Below the pieces are notes generated by a model. That model had not been told where the DNA came from, made no database searches, and saw only the letters and a program-made list of their open reading frames with translations. A stretch of DNA of 64,000 nt, from the NCBI GenBank assembly GCA_031375065.1, contig JANMHH010000076.1, positions 2,614 through 66,613 of the forward strand, read 5' to 3'. Both the position numbers and the translations under genes were made by a program. The DNA is from Rubrivivax sp. Lineage in GTDB: Bacteria; Pseudomonadota; Gammaproteobacteria; Burkholderiales; Burkholderiaceae_C. Of this stretch, positions 18,330 through 28,217 are shown piece after piece. Each line of letters begins with the position of its first letter. Positions within the stretch are counted from its first letter, which is position 1.

Positions 18330-19586
18330 TCATCGTCCGTAGGTCACGCGGTAGATGGCGCCCATCTGCTCATCGCTGATCAGCACGCTGCCGTCCGGCA
18401 GTTGCAGCATGTAGGCCGGGCGGCCGCTGAAGGCTTGCGTGGTGTCGTCCAAAAAGCCGCTGACAAAGGGCTCGGTCTTGGCGTTGCGCCCGTCGGCGGT
18501 GGCCGTCACACGCACCACGTCGTAACCCGACTTCTTGCTGCGGTTCCACGAGCCCTTGCGCGCGATCATCATGGTGTTGCGGTACTCGGCCGGGAACATG
18601 TTGCCGGTGTAGAACATGACACCCATCACGGCGGCGTGCGGGCCCATTTCGGTCACCGGCAGCGTGACGCCGGCGCAGGGGTTGGCCTTGTTGAAGTCCT
18701 TGTCCGGCACGCCATTGGCGTGGCAATAGGGGAAGCCAAAGTTCTGGCCGGTGGCGCCCATGCGGTTGAGCTCGTCTTGCGGGCCGTCATCGCCCATCCA
18801 GTCGCGGCCGTGGTCGGTGAACCACAGCTCCCGGGTCTGCGGGTGCCAGTCAAAGCCAACCGTGTTGCGCACCCCCCGGGCCAGCACCTCCATGCCCGAG
18901 CCGTCGGCGTTGTAGCGGCGGATCTGCGCGTACTCGGCGGTGGGTTCGCAGATGTTGCACGGTGCGCCAAACGGCACGTAGAGCTTGCCCTCGGGTCCGA
19001 AGGCAATGTACTTCCAGTTGTGATGCTGCAGCGGCGGCAGTTGGAAGGCGGCGGTCAGGTCCACCGGCGTGGCGGCCGGGTTGGACTCGATGCCGTCAAA
19101 GCGCAGCATCTTGTCGATGGCCATCACATACAGGCTGCCGTTGCGAAAGGCCACGCCAGCGGGCTGCGTCAGCTTGTCCACCACCACCCGGCTGCTGCGT
19201 TCGGTGCCGCGATCGGTGACTTCGTAGACGCGGCCAATGCCGCGCGTGCCGATGTAGATCTTGCCCTGTTCACCACGCGCCATGGCGCGAGCGCCGGGCA
19301 TGCCGTGGGCCCAGAGTTCGATCTTGAAACCCGGCGGCAGCTTCAGTTTGCCAATGGCGATGTCCCCGGGCGGTGTAGCGGTGTTGCGGCCCGCCACAGG
19401 GGCCAGCGGCGACGCGGCCATGTCGGCACCGCGACCTTGCTGCCAGGCCGGTGGCGTCGCGGCGGCGGTCGGGCTTGGGGTCGGGCTGGTTGCAGCAGGC
19501 GCGGGCAAAGGGGCCGGTGCCGGGCTGGGAGCGGTGGCGCAGCCTGCCAAGATCGCGGCCGCAGTCAAAACAAACAGGCTCTTCAT
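18330..19586 (-). CDS. PQQ-dependent sugar/sorbosone dehydrogenase family lipoprotein
   Basis: Lipobox LAGC; FGAPCN, ARGVRNTVGFDW, DELN, GFPYCH, GSWNR. Confidence 0.85.
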   Translation of the reverse strand: MKSLFVLTAAAILAGCATAPSPAPAPLPAPAATSPTPSPTAAATPPAWQQGRGADMAASPLAPVAGRNTATPPGDIAIGKLKLPPGFKIELWAHGMPGARAMARGEQGKIYIGTRGIGRVYEVTDRGTERSSRVVVDKLTQPAGVAFRNGSLYVMAIDKMLRFDGIESNPAATPVDLTAAFQLPPLQHHNWKYIAFGPEGKLYVPFGAPCNICEPTAEYAQIRRYNADGSGMEVLARGVRNTVGFDWHPQTRELWFTDHGRDWMGDDGPQDELNRMGATGQNFGFPYCHANGVPDKDFNKANPCAGVTLPVTEMGPHAAVMGVMFYTGNMFPAEYRNTMMIARKGSWNRSKKSGYDVVRVTATADGRNAKTEPFVSGFLDDTTQAFSGRPAYMLQLPDGSVLISDEQMGAIYRVTYGR

Positions 19587-19757
19587 GGTCTCTTGTCTCC
19601 TCGTTGGTGATGGGATTGTTGGTCTTTCAGGATGCCGGAAACAAAAAACCGACATCACCCAGATGAGGCGGATCGACCCATGGGCTGGACATGATTCTGC
19701 CCCGATGCCCGTGCTGCCTTCACGTCATCGCCAGGCGCCGCTTTTGAATCGGCAAGA

Positions 19758-20480
19758 TCAGCCAAGCGCCAAGTCAGCCGCGCTGCGTTTGGTGATGACG
19801 CGCAACGCCTCACGCAGCGTCAGTGGTGACAGTTGGGTTCGGTACTCGACGCAGAAGGCCTGCACCTCTTCGGGCGCGGCATAGGACCGTTCGCGCAGCG
19901 CCCAGCCCATGCCCTTGCGGATGAAGAACTCGCGCGCCAGCTCGCCGTTGCCGGTGGACGGCAGGATGCAGTCGTAGAACAAAACAGCGTCAAAGCACGG
20001 CGCCTTCAAAGCGCGTTGACTGAGCATGGCGGCGCGCCGCAGCCACAGGCTGTCGCTGCGGGCCCACTGCAGCAGCGCGGGCTTGACTTCGTGCGGATGG
20101 CGCTGCAACAGCCAAGGCAAGGCCTGGCCTGAGATCTCGTCGTTGTGGTCCCACCAAGGGCCGGTCAAGATCAGCTCTTGCAAAGCGGGCAACCAGCGCA
20201 GGTCCATCAACCGGCGCAACAGGTCCAGGGCGGCGTAACGCTCTTCGCGGTGGGTGGCGCCGTGCCAGAGCTCGCCAACCGAGTCGAGCAGCGTCTGCCC
20301 GTCCGCCACCGGGTGCTGTGCCGCGATGGCGGCCACCAATCGCCGCCGCGCTGGCGCTTCGACGCCCCAAAACGGCAGCGCCGACTTCATGTAGGCCTGC
20401 ATCGGCCCGGCCTTGGCGGGCTGGGCCTGGGCGGCCAGCGCATCGCGCAGCGCACGCACCAAGCTCCAGTCGGCGGCCAC
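19758..20480 (-). CDS. DNA alkylation repair (AlkD-like HEAT) protein
   Basis: MQAYMKS, WWDHND, LWLRRAA, EFFIRKGMGWALR. Confidence 0.85.
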   Translation of the reverse strand: MAADWSLVRALRDALAAQAQPAKAGPMQAYMKSALPFWGVEAPARRRLVAAIAAQHPVADGQTLLDSVGELWHGATHREERYAALDLLRRLMDLRWLPALQELILTGPWWDHNDEISGQALPWLLQRHPHEVKPALLQWARSDSLWLRRAAMLSQRALKAPCFDAVLFYDCILPSTGNGELAREFFIRKGMGWALRERSYAAPEEVQAFCVEYRTQLSPLTLREALRVITKRSAADLALG

Positions 20481-20484
20481 GGCG

Positions 20485-21291
20485 CTACAAGCGGCGATGG
20501 CGCAACGCGGGCAGTTGCAGCCGCACCTGCTTCAGGCGCTCGGTGTCCACGTCGGCCAGCACCAACCCTTCGCCTTCTGGCAAAACATCGACCACCTCGC
20601 CCCAGGGCCCGACCACCATGCTGTGGCCCCAGGTGCGCCGGCCGTTGGGGTGCACACCGCCCTGCGCAGCGGCCAGCACATAACACTGGTTTTCCACAGC
20701 GCGGGCGCGCAGCAGCAGCTCCCAGTGGGCCTGTCCGGTGGTGTGGGTGAAGGCGGCCGGCACGCACAGCACGTCGCAGGGTGGGTTCATCAGCGCGCGG
20801 TACAGCTCGGGAAAGCGCAGGTCGTAGCAGATCGACAAGCCCACGCGCAGCGGCCCAACCTGCACCGCCACGGGCTGCCCGCCAGCCAGCAGCGTGCGGC
20901 CTTCGTCGTAACTCTCGCGGCCGTTGTCAAAGGCGAACAGGTGGACCTTGTCGTAGTGCGCGGCCTCCACGCCGTCGGGGTTGAAGACGCAGCAGCGGTT
21001 CAGCGCCTGGCCCGCCAGCGGGCTGCGCACCGGCAAGGTGCCCCCCACCACCCACAGGCCGTGTTCACGGGCGGCCTGCGACAAGAAGGCCTGGATGGGT
21101 TGGGTGGGGTCGCCGGGCGGTTCGGCCAGCGCCAGTTTGTCGGTGTCGCGTCGGCCCAGGATGCAGAAGTACTCGGGCAGCAGCACCAGTTGGGCGCCGG
21201 CTGCGGCCGCTTGCGCGACCAGGCGCTGGGCAGCGTCGCGGTTGCTGGGCCAGTCGGGCGTGGACACCATTTGCAGGGCAGCGATCTTCAT
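20485..21291 (-). CDS. Carbon-nitrogen hydrolase (Nit1/deaminated glutathione amidase-like)
   Basis: LPEYF, YDKVHLF, ICYDLRFPE (E-K-C triad), RARAVENQ. Confidence 0.9.
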   Translation of the reverse strand: MKIAALQMVSTPDWPSNRDAAQRLVAQAAAAGAQLVLLPEYFCILGRRDTDKLALAEPPGDPTQPIQAFLSQAAREHGLWVVGGTLPVRSPLAGQALNRCCVFNPDGVEAAHYDKVHLFAFDNGRESYDEGRTLLAGGQPVAVQVGPLRVGLSICYDLRFPELYRALMNPPCDVLCVPAAFTHTTGQAHWELLLRARAVENQCYVLAAAQGGVHPNGRRTWGHSMVVGPWGEVVDVLPEGEGLVLADVDTERLKQVRLQLPALRHRRL

Positions 21292-21403
21292 GCGGCACAT
21301 CGTAAACGCCACGGCAAGGCTGATATCCCCCGGCTGGCGTGGGCCATGCATTCGCGGCTAACCTCACTTCACAGGGTCACCCCGGCGCGTCAGTGTTGAG
21401 AAA

Positions 21404-24277
21404 GTGACCCATCCAGAGCGTACGAGGGTTTTGTCAATGCCGTTCCATCAAGGCCAGTCGAGCGCAGGCGCGCCAGGCGATGCTGACGCGGGCGCCACCA
21501 CAGCGGCGCCTTTCGCCAGTGCCGCGCACAGCCGCTTTGTGCAGCGCGTCCGCCGTCGCTACGGCGCTGAACTGGAGCAGCTGCCCGCCGGGCTGCCGGG
21601 GCTGGACGACATCACCGCCCTGGTCGAGCGCTTGCAGCACGCCAGCCCGGCCCGTGACCTGGCCAGCGCACTGCGTGTGGCGCGCCAGCTGGTGCTGGAG
21701 CGCCTGGCCACGCTGGACGTCGAGGCCGGCGCCACACTGAACCAGGTCACCGCCTGCATGACGCACCTGGCCGAGGCCACGCTGGAACTGGCGCTGGCGC
21801 AGGCCCTGGCCGAGGGCGACGCCCGCCACGGCGCGCCGCTGAAGGCCCAAGGCCAGCGCGCGGACTTCTGGATCGTGGGCATGGGCAAGCTGGGCGCCCG
21901 CGAGCTCAACGTGTCGTCCGACATCGACCTGATCTACATCTACGAAGAAGACGGCCAGACCGCGGGCGGCGCCGACGGCGCCCGCGCCACCAGCTTTCAC
22001 GAGTACTTTTCGGGGGTGGCCAAGCGGCTGTATGCGCTGATTGGCGAGACCACCGACGACGGCTTCGTCTTCCGGGTCGATCTGGCGCTGCGGCCGAACG
22101 GCAACTCCGGCCCGCCAGTGGCCAGCCTGGCCATGCTGGAAGAGTACCTGCAGGTGCAGGGCCGCGAGTGGGAACGTTTTGCCTGGCTCAAAAGCCGGGT
22201 GGTGGCACCACGCAGCGCAGTGGTCAGCGGGCGCGCGCTGGCATTGCGCTCACTGATCACGCCCTTTGTCTATCGCCGCTACCTGGACTACGGCATCTTC
22301 GAGGGCCTGCGCCAGCTGCACCGCAAGATTCGCGAAGAAGCGCAGCGCCGCGCCGCCGGCCGGCCCGAGCGCGCCAACGACGTGAAGCTGTCGCGCGGTG
22401 GCATTCGCGAGATCGAATTCATCGTGCAGCTGATGCTGGTGGTGCGCGGTGGCCAGTTTCCCGAGATCCGCACCCGCAGCACGCTGCGCGGCCTGCAGCG
22501 CCTGGTGCAGGCTGGCCTGATGAAGCCTGAGACCGCTGCCAAGCTGGCCGCCGGCTATGAATTCCTGCGCCAGGTGGAGCACCGCATCCAGTACCTGGAC
22601 GATCAGCAAACCCACCTGCTGCCCAGCAACGACGACGACCTGCGCTGGATCGCCCAGAGCCTGGGCCTGGCCTGCAAGTCGCAGGCTTGTGAACTGCTGG
22701 AGCGGCTGGGCGAGGTGCGCGAACTGGTGGCGGCGGAGTTTGATGCGCTGCTCAGCGACGGCCAGGCCAGCGAAAGCAAGGGTTGCCGCGGCTGTGGTCC
22801 CGAAGCGCAGGCGGTGGACAGCGAAGCGCTGCTCGAACGTTTGCCCGCCGCGCTGGCCGAGCGCCTGCGCCACTGGACCCTACAGCCGCGTGTGCAGTCG
22901 CTGCGCGACGAAAGCCGCACGCGCCTGGGCCGGCTGATGCAACGCACCGGGCAGGCCATTGCCGACGGTCAGGCCAGCGAAGCGGCGGCGCTGCGTTTTG
23001 TCGACTGGCTCGAACCGCTGCTGCGCCGCGAAAACTACCTGGCGCTGTTGGTCGAACGCCCCGAGGTTCACCGCCGCCTGCTGCGCCTGTTGGGCATGGC
23101 GCGCTGGCCCATGCAGTACCTGATGCGTCACCCCGGCGTCATCGACGAACTGGCCGACCAGCGCTTGCTGCACCAGCGTTTTGATGCCGCGGCCTTCACC
23201 CAGGAGCTCGATGACCGGGTGGTGGCCTGGCAGCGCAGCGGCGAAGACGATGAAGAGCGCCTGCTCGACACCCTGCGCCACGCCCACCACGCCGAAGTCT
23301 TTCGCACGCTGGTGCGCGACGTCGAAGGCGAGCTCACCGTCGAACAGGTGGCCGACGACCTCAGCGCGCTGGCCGACACGGTGTTGGCCATCACCTTGCG
23401 CTGGGCCTGGGCTCGCTTGAAACAACGCCACCGGGAAGAGCCCGGGCTGGCCGTCATCGCCTACGGCAAGCTGGGCGGCAAGGAGCTGGGCTACGGCAGC
23501 GACCTGGACGTGGTGTTCCTGTACGACGACAGCAACGGCGACGCCGAGACCCGCAACGACGAGACCAGCAAGAACGTGATCAGTGAAGACGACCAGCAGC
23601 GCGCGCAAGAGGTCTACGGCGCGTTTGTGCGCAAGCTCATCACCTGGTTGACGCTGCGCACCTCGGCCGGCGAGCTGTTCGACATCGACACCGCGCTGCG
23701 GCCCAACGGCAGCTCGGGCTTGCTGGTCACCTCGGTCACGGCCTTTGACCGCTACCAGGTCGGTCGTGGCGGCAACACCGCCTGGGCCTGGGAGCACCAG
23801 GCCCTGACCCGCGCCCGTTTTGCCGCCGGCGTGCCCGCCGTGGCCGCCCATTTCGAAGCCACCCGCCGCGCCGTGCTGACGGCTCCACGCGACCCTGCCG
23901 CATTGCGCGAAGAGGTGCGCAGCATGCGCGAAAAGGTGCGCAAGGCGCGGCCCGTGCCGGCCGGCCTGTTTGACGTCAAACACAGCCCGGGCGGCATGAT
24001 GGATGTGGAGTTTGCGGTGCAGTACCTGGTGCTGACCCAGGGCCGTGCGCACCCCGGCTTGCTGGACAACGCCGGCAACATCGCCTTGCTGCAGCGCGCC
24101 GAAGCGGCGGGCCTGCTGCCACCCGGTGTGGGACACGCCGCGGCCGACGCCTACCGTGAACTGCGCCGCGCCCAGCACCAGGCGCGCCTGGACGAAAAGC
24201 CGACGCAATTTGCGCCGCAGCTGCTGGCGGCGCAGCAACAAGCGGTGCTGGCCTTGTGGCAGTCGGTGATGGTTTGA
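21404..24277 (+). CDS. glnE: Bifunctional glutamine synthetase adenylyltransferase/deadenylase
   Basis: Two NTase domains: GMGKLGARELNVSSDID and YGKLGGKELGYGSDLD. Start may be 21437. Confidence 0.95.
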   Translation: MTHPERTRVLSMPFHQGQSSAGAPGDADAGATTAAPFASAAHSRFVQRVRRRYGAELEQLPAGLPGLDDITALVERLQHASPARDLASALRVARQLVLERLATLDVEAGATLNQVTACMTHLAEATLELALAQALAEGDARHGAPLKAQGQRADFWIVGMGKLGARELNVSSDIDLIYIYEEDGQTAGGADGARATSFHEYFSGVAKRLYALIGETTDDGFVFRVDLALRPNGNSGPPVASLAMLEEYLQVQGREWERFAWLKSRVVAPRSAVVSGRALALRSLITPFVYRRYLDYGIFEGLRQLHRKIREEAQRRAAGRPERANDVKLSRGGIREIEFIVQLMLVVRGGQFPEIRTRSTLRGLQRLVQAGLMKPETAAKLAAGYEFLRQVEHRIQYLDDQQTHLLPSNDDDLRWIAQSLGLACKSQACELLERLGEVRELVAAEFDALLSDGQASESKGCRGCGPEAQAVDSEALLERLPAALAERLRHWTLQPRVQSLRDESRTRLGRLMQRTGQAIADGQASEAAALRFVDWLEPLLRRENYLALLVERPEVHRRLLRLLGMARWPMQYLMRHPGVIDELADQRLLHQRFDAAAFTQELDDRVVAWQRSGEDDEERLLDTLRHAHHAEVFRTLVRDVEGELTVEQVADDLSALADTVLAITLRWAWARLKQRHREEPGLAVIAYGKLGGKELGYGSDLDVVFLYDDSNGDAETRNDETSKNVISEDDQQRAQEVYGAFVRKLITWLTLRTSAGELFDIDTALRPNGSSGLLVTSVTAFDRYQVGRGGNTAWAWEHQALTRARFAAGVPAVAAHFEATRRAVLTAPRDPAALREEVRSMREKVRKARPVPAGLFDVKHSPGGMMDVEFAVQYLVLTQGRAHPGLLDNAGNIALLQRAEAAGLLPPGVGHAAADAYRELRRAQHQARLDEKPTQFAPQLLAAQQQAVLALWQSVMV

Positions 24278-24873
24278 GCGCGTTGGAATCGGTCGGCGCG
24301 CGGGCCTGGGTTCGCCTGACGGCGGTCTTGATGCTGGGGTCGGTGGTCGCATGGTGGTTGCCCGCAGCCATGCTGGACTGGCAGCCTGAACTGGCTTGGC
24401 AGCAGCCCTGGCGGGCTTTCACCGCCGCGTGGGTGCACTGGAGCCCGGCGCACCTGGGCGTCAACCTCTTGGCAGCGGCCGTGGTGGGTGCTTTCGGCTG
24501 GGCCGCGCGCGTGCCGAAGGCGCAAGCCTGGGCTTGGCTGATGGCCTGGCCGCTGACCCACCTGGGCTTGCTGATTCAACCTGAACTGGCGCACTACGGT
24601 GGCCTGTCGGGTGTGCTGCATGCCGGCGTGGCGCTGGTTTGCTTGAGCTTGCTCGCCACCGGTCCACGCGCACGGCGTGTGGTCGGTGCGGCGGTGGCCG
24701 TGGGGCTGCTCATCAAACTGGTGTCCGAGCGACCCTTCGGACCGGCCCTTCAGAACTGGCCGGGTTGGGACATCGCACTGGCCCCGCTGGCCCACACCAG
24801 CGGCGCCGTGACCGGGCTGTTGTGCGGCGCCGCGCAGTGGGCCTGGACCTGGGCTCGAAAGCGGCTGCTGTGA
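24274..24873 (+). CDS. Rhomboid-family protease (rhombosortase-like)
   Basis: WRAFTAAWVH...HLGVN, YGGLSGVLH, AHTSGA; TTGA overlap with glnE. Confidence 0.8.
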   Translation: MSALESVGARAWVRLTAVLMLGSVVAWWLPAAMLDWQPELAWQQPWRAFTAAWVHWSPAHLGVNLLAAAVVGAFGWAARVPKAQAWAWLMAWPLTHLGLLIQPELAHYGGLSGVLHAGVALVCLSLLATGPRARRVVGAAVAVGLLIKLVSERPFGPALQNWPGWDIALAPLAHTSGAVTGLLCGAAQWAWTWARKRLL

Positions 24874-25790
24874 GCATCGAGCGCAAAGATCATCTGGACG
24901 CGCGGGCCCTCATCGTGCTGTTGATGTGCTGCGCCATTTGGGGGATCAGCCAGGTGGCGGCCAAACTCACCTTGCTGGAAGTCCCGCCTCTGTTGCAGGC
25001 CGGCGTGCGGTCCATCGGTGCGGCGGTGCTGTTGCTGCTGTGGTCACGCTGGCGCGGGCTGCGCATGGGCGGCGCCGACGGCACCGGTCCGGCGGGCTTG
25101 TTGGCCGGCGTGATCTTCGCGGTGGAGTTCGCCTGCATCTTCATCGGCCTGCAGTTCACCACCGCTTCACGCATGGTGGTGTTCTTGTACACCGCACCGT
25201 TTGTGGTGGCGCTGGGCATGCCCTTGATCGCGCGCAATGAAAAGCTGTCGCCCCAACAGGTGGCCGGTCTGCTGCTGGCTTTTGCGGGCGTGGTCTGGGC
25301 CTATGCCGAAGGTTTCACCCGTCCCGCTGCCGGCCCTTTGCAGTGGCTGGGCGATGCGCTGGGCCTGGTGGGTGCCTTTTTATGGGGCGCGGCCACCCTG
25401 CTGACCCGAGGCTCGCGTCTGAGCACCGCGCTGCCGGAGAAGACTTTGCTTTACCAATTGGTGTTGTCGGGCCTGGCCCTGACCGCCGCCTCGGCGTTGT
25501 CCAGCGAAGTCTGGCCACGTGGCTTGAGCACGGGCGTGGTCTGGCTGATGCTGTTTCAGATCGGCGTGGTCACCTTCGCCAGCTACCTGGCCTGGTTCTG
25601 GCTGGTCCGCCACTACCCTGCCACGCGAGCGGCGGCGTTCACGCTGCTGACCCCCATCTTTGGCCTGCTGGCCGGTGTGCTGATCCTGAACGAGCCACTC
25701 ACCACGCGCTTGCTGCTGGCGCTGGTGGCGGTGTGCGTCGGCATCGCGCTCGTCAACCTGGCGACACGGCCTCGACCCGGCACGGCCTAG
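24870..25790 (+). CDS. DMT/EamA family transporter
   Basis: About 10 TM helices in two EamA repeats; GTGA overlap with previous gene. Confidence 0.9.
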   Translation: MSIERKDHLDARALIVLLMCCAIWGISQVAAKLTLLEVPPLLQAGVRSIGAAVLLLLWSRWRGLRMGGADGTGPAGLLAGVIFAVEFACIFIGLQFTTASRMVVFLYTAPFVVALGMPLIARNEKLSPQQVAGLLLAFAGVVWAYAEGFTRPAAGPLQWLGDALGLVGAFLWGAATLLTRGSRLSTALPEKTLLYQLVLSGLALTAASALSSEVWPRGLSTGVVWLMLFQIGVVTFASYLAWFWLVRHYPATRAAAFTLLTPIFGLLAGVLILNEPLTTRLLLALVAVCVGIALVNLATRPRPGTA

Positions 25791-25824
25791 ACTTTGTGGG
25801 CCCCCTCAAACCCTGGAGACACCG

Positions 25825-26475
25825 ATGATCACGCTGCACGGAATGACCCTTTCCAACTACTACAACAAGGTCAAGATGGTCTTGCTGGAAAAGGGTCTGG
25901 AGTTCACCGAAGTCAATCAGCGCACCAGTTCCAAAGACGACGCGGTGCTCAGCGCAACGCCGCTGGGCAAGATCCCTTTCATCCGCGTGGACGGGCAAAC
26001 GCTGTGCGAAAGCCAGGTCATCGTCGACTACCTGGAAGCCGCCCACCCGCAGCCCAGCTTGCTGCCTGCCAACCCGTTGGCTGCCGCCAAAGTGCGCGAG
26101 CTGTGCGCCTTCATGGAGCTCTACCTGGAACTGGTGGCCCGCGAGCTTTACGCCCAGGCCTTCTTTGGCGGCACCGTCAGCGAAGCCACGCAAGAGCGGG
26201 TGAAGAAGCAGTTGAGCAAGAACATCCCGGCCTTTCAGCGCCTGGCGCGTTTTGCGCCTTACGCCGCTGGCGACCGCTTCACGCTGGCCGACGCCGCGGC
26301 CTTTGCCACCCTGCCCACGGTGGCCCAGGCCACCAAGGCGGTGCTGGGTGAGGACATGATTGCCGCCGCCGGCATCGACTGGAAGGCCTACCTCCGCTTG
26401 CTGGGCGAGAGGCCCTCGGTGCAGCGCATCAACGCCGACCGCAAGCGCGACATGGAAGCGGCAGGCAACCGCTGA
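25825..26475 (+). CDS. Glutathione S-transferase
   Basis: SNYYNKV, PLGKIP, LCESQVI, FTLAD. Confidence 0.9.
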   Translation: MITLHGMTLSNYYNKVKMVLLEKGLEFTEVNQRTSSKDDAVLSATPLGKIPFIRVDGQTLCESQVIVDYLEAAHPQPSLLPANPLAAAKVRELCAFMELYLELVARELYAQAFFGGTVSEATQERVKKQLSKNIPAFQRLARFAPYAAGDRFTLADAAAFATLPTVAQATKAVLGEDMIAAAGIDWKAYLRLLGERPSVQRINADRKRDMEAAGNR

Positions 26476-26673
26476 TCCGCTGCGCGCCAAGCAAAGACCC
26501 TAAGGTTAAATCGGATATTGAGGGTAGAAGGCGGCCTTGGGATACTATCCGGTCACTTTATGACTGATCGGTATAAACACTCCCCTGGCAAGTCGCATCC
26601 CGCGCGGGGGGCGCTGACGCGTCACGTCGCGCCGCGCTTACCACTTCTTTACCTGGCGCTGCGCCGGGCGCAG

Positions 26674-26701
26674 GGAACTTCACGAGCGGCCTGTCCTCAG
26701 A
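26674..26701 (+). promoter_or_regulatory. Putative sigmaE/AlgU-type ECF promoter
   Basis: GGAACTT-N16-TCAGA resembles the RpoE/AlgU consensus. Confidence 0.5.
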
Positions 26702-26706
26702 GCCCA

Positions 26707-26845
26707 TGTGTTCCGCGCTGGCAACAGCCGAACACCACCGTTTTCCTGGCGTGCAGTCAAACGGCTTGGCCGTTTGAAACTTTGGGGTCGTTCTCCTCCT
26801 CCCTCCTCTCTCCCTCGTTGGCCCCGAGGCGCTGCACGTCAGTCT
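26707..26845 (+). ncRNA. Candidate structured sRNA or leader with CU-rich anti-SD loop
   Basis: Closing stem CGTGCAG/CTGCACG, perfect 9-bp hairpin TCAAACGGC-TTG-GCCGTTTGA, and a GGGGTCG...GGCCCC hairpin with loop CTCCTCCTCCCTCCTCTCTCCCTC. Confidence 0.5.
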
Positions 26846-26903
26846 TTACACGGCCCGGCCCGGCGACCCGCCGCGCGTTGGCAGGTCAAACAGGGGCCGC
26901 CAC

Positions 26904-28217
26904 ATGAAGCGCGTGGCGGTGGTGGGCTCGGGCATCTCGGGCTTGGCCGTGGCGCATGGCCTTGAAGCCGAGGCTCAGGTCACGCTGTTTGAAGCCGGCG
27001 ACTACTTCGGCGGCCACACCCACACGGTTGACGTGACGTTGCAGGGTGTCACGCGCGGCGTCGACACCGGCTTTCTGGTCTTCAACGAGCGCACCTACCC
27101 CCATCTGATTCAACTGTTTGCCGATCTGGGCGTCGAGACGGCCGCATCGGACATGTCGTTTTCGGTGCAGGTTCCTGGCCCGAGCGGCGGCAACAGCCTG
27201 GAGTGGAGCGGCAACAACCTCAACACGGTTTTCGCGCAGCGCAGCAACCTGTTGCGGCCGGCGTTTTGGCGCATGTTGAAGGACATCGTTCGCTTCAACC
27301 GCCTGGCCACCGACATCGCCGAGGCCGGCCGCGAAGCTGAACTCGCCGAGCCGATCGGGGACTTCCTGCAACGCAACCGCTTCAGCCCGGCTTTTCGGGA
27401 CTGGTACTTCTTGCCGATGATCGGCTGCATCTGGTCTTGCCCCACCGACCAGATGCTGCAGTTTCCGATCGCCACGATGATCCGTTTCTGCCACAACCAC
27501 GGGCTCATTCAAGTCGCCAACCGGCCCCAGTGGCACACCGTGCGTGGCGGCGCCAAGCACTACGTGCAGCGCCTGCTGCAAGGCATCACCGACGCGCGCC
27601 TGCGCACACCGGTACTGGGCGTCAAAAGGCTGGGCAGCGGCCAGGTCGCCGTGGCCACGGGGGCAGGCACCGAGCTGTTTGACGACGTCGTGCTGGCCTG
27701 CCACAGCGACCAAAGCCTGGCGCTGCTGGACAACGCCCGTGCGCAGGAACGCCGTGTGCTGGGTGCCATCCGCTACCACCCCAACCGCGCCGTGCTGCAC
27801 ACCGACACCGCCGTGCTGCCACAGCGGCCGATGGCCTGGGCGGCATGGAACTACGCCCGCGCGGCCGAGTTGGGCCGTGAACAATCGGCGGTGTGTTTGC
27901 ATTACCTGATCAACAAGCTGCAGCCGCTGCCGTGGCAACAAGCGGTGCTGGTGTCGCTGAACCCCGACCCCGCCCGCATGCCCGATCCGCGACAGGTGAT
28001 CGGCAGCTACGACTACAGCCACCCGGTGTTCGACCGCGCAGCCGTCGCCGCGCAGCAGCAACTGCCCTCGATTCAGGGCAACGCCGGCATCTGGTTCTGT
28101 GGAGCCTGGACGCGTTACGGCTTTCACGAAGATGGCCTGATGTCGGCTCAGGCCGTGCTGCAGTCTTTGCGTGATGCGTGGCGGGGCTCGCTGCAAACCC
28201 GGCTCGAGGCCGCATGA
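26904..28217 (+). CDS. FAD-dependent oxidoreductase (RSP1091/UfaD-like)
   Basis: VAVVGSGISG, GGHTHT, VDTGFLVFN, YGFHEDG; operon context. Confidence 0.85.
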   Translation: MKRVAVVGSGISGLAVAHGLEAEAQVTLFEAGDYFGGHTHTVDVTLQGVTRGVDTGFLVFNERTYPHLIQLFADLGVETAASDMSFSVQVPGPSGGNSLEWSGNNLNTVFAQRSNLLRPAFWRMLKDIVRFNRLATDIAEAGREAELAEPIGDFLQRNRFSPAFRDWYFLPMIGCIWSCPTDQMLQFPIATMIRFCHNHGLIQVANRPQWHTVRGGAKHYVQRLLQGITDARLRTPVLGVKRLGSGQVAVATGAGTELFDDVVLACHSDQSLALLDNARAQERRVLGAIRYHPNRAVLHTDTAVLPQRPMAWAAWNYARAAELGREQSAVCLHYLINKLQPLPWQQAVLVSLNPDPARMPDPRQVIGSYDYSHPVFDRAAVAAQQQLPSIQGNAGIWFCGAWTRYGFHEDGLMSAQAVLQSLRDAWRGSLQTRLEAA

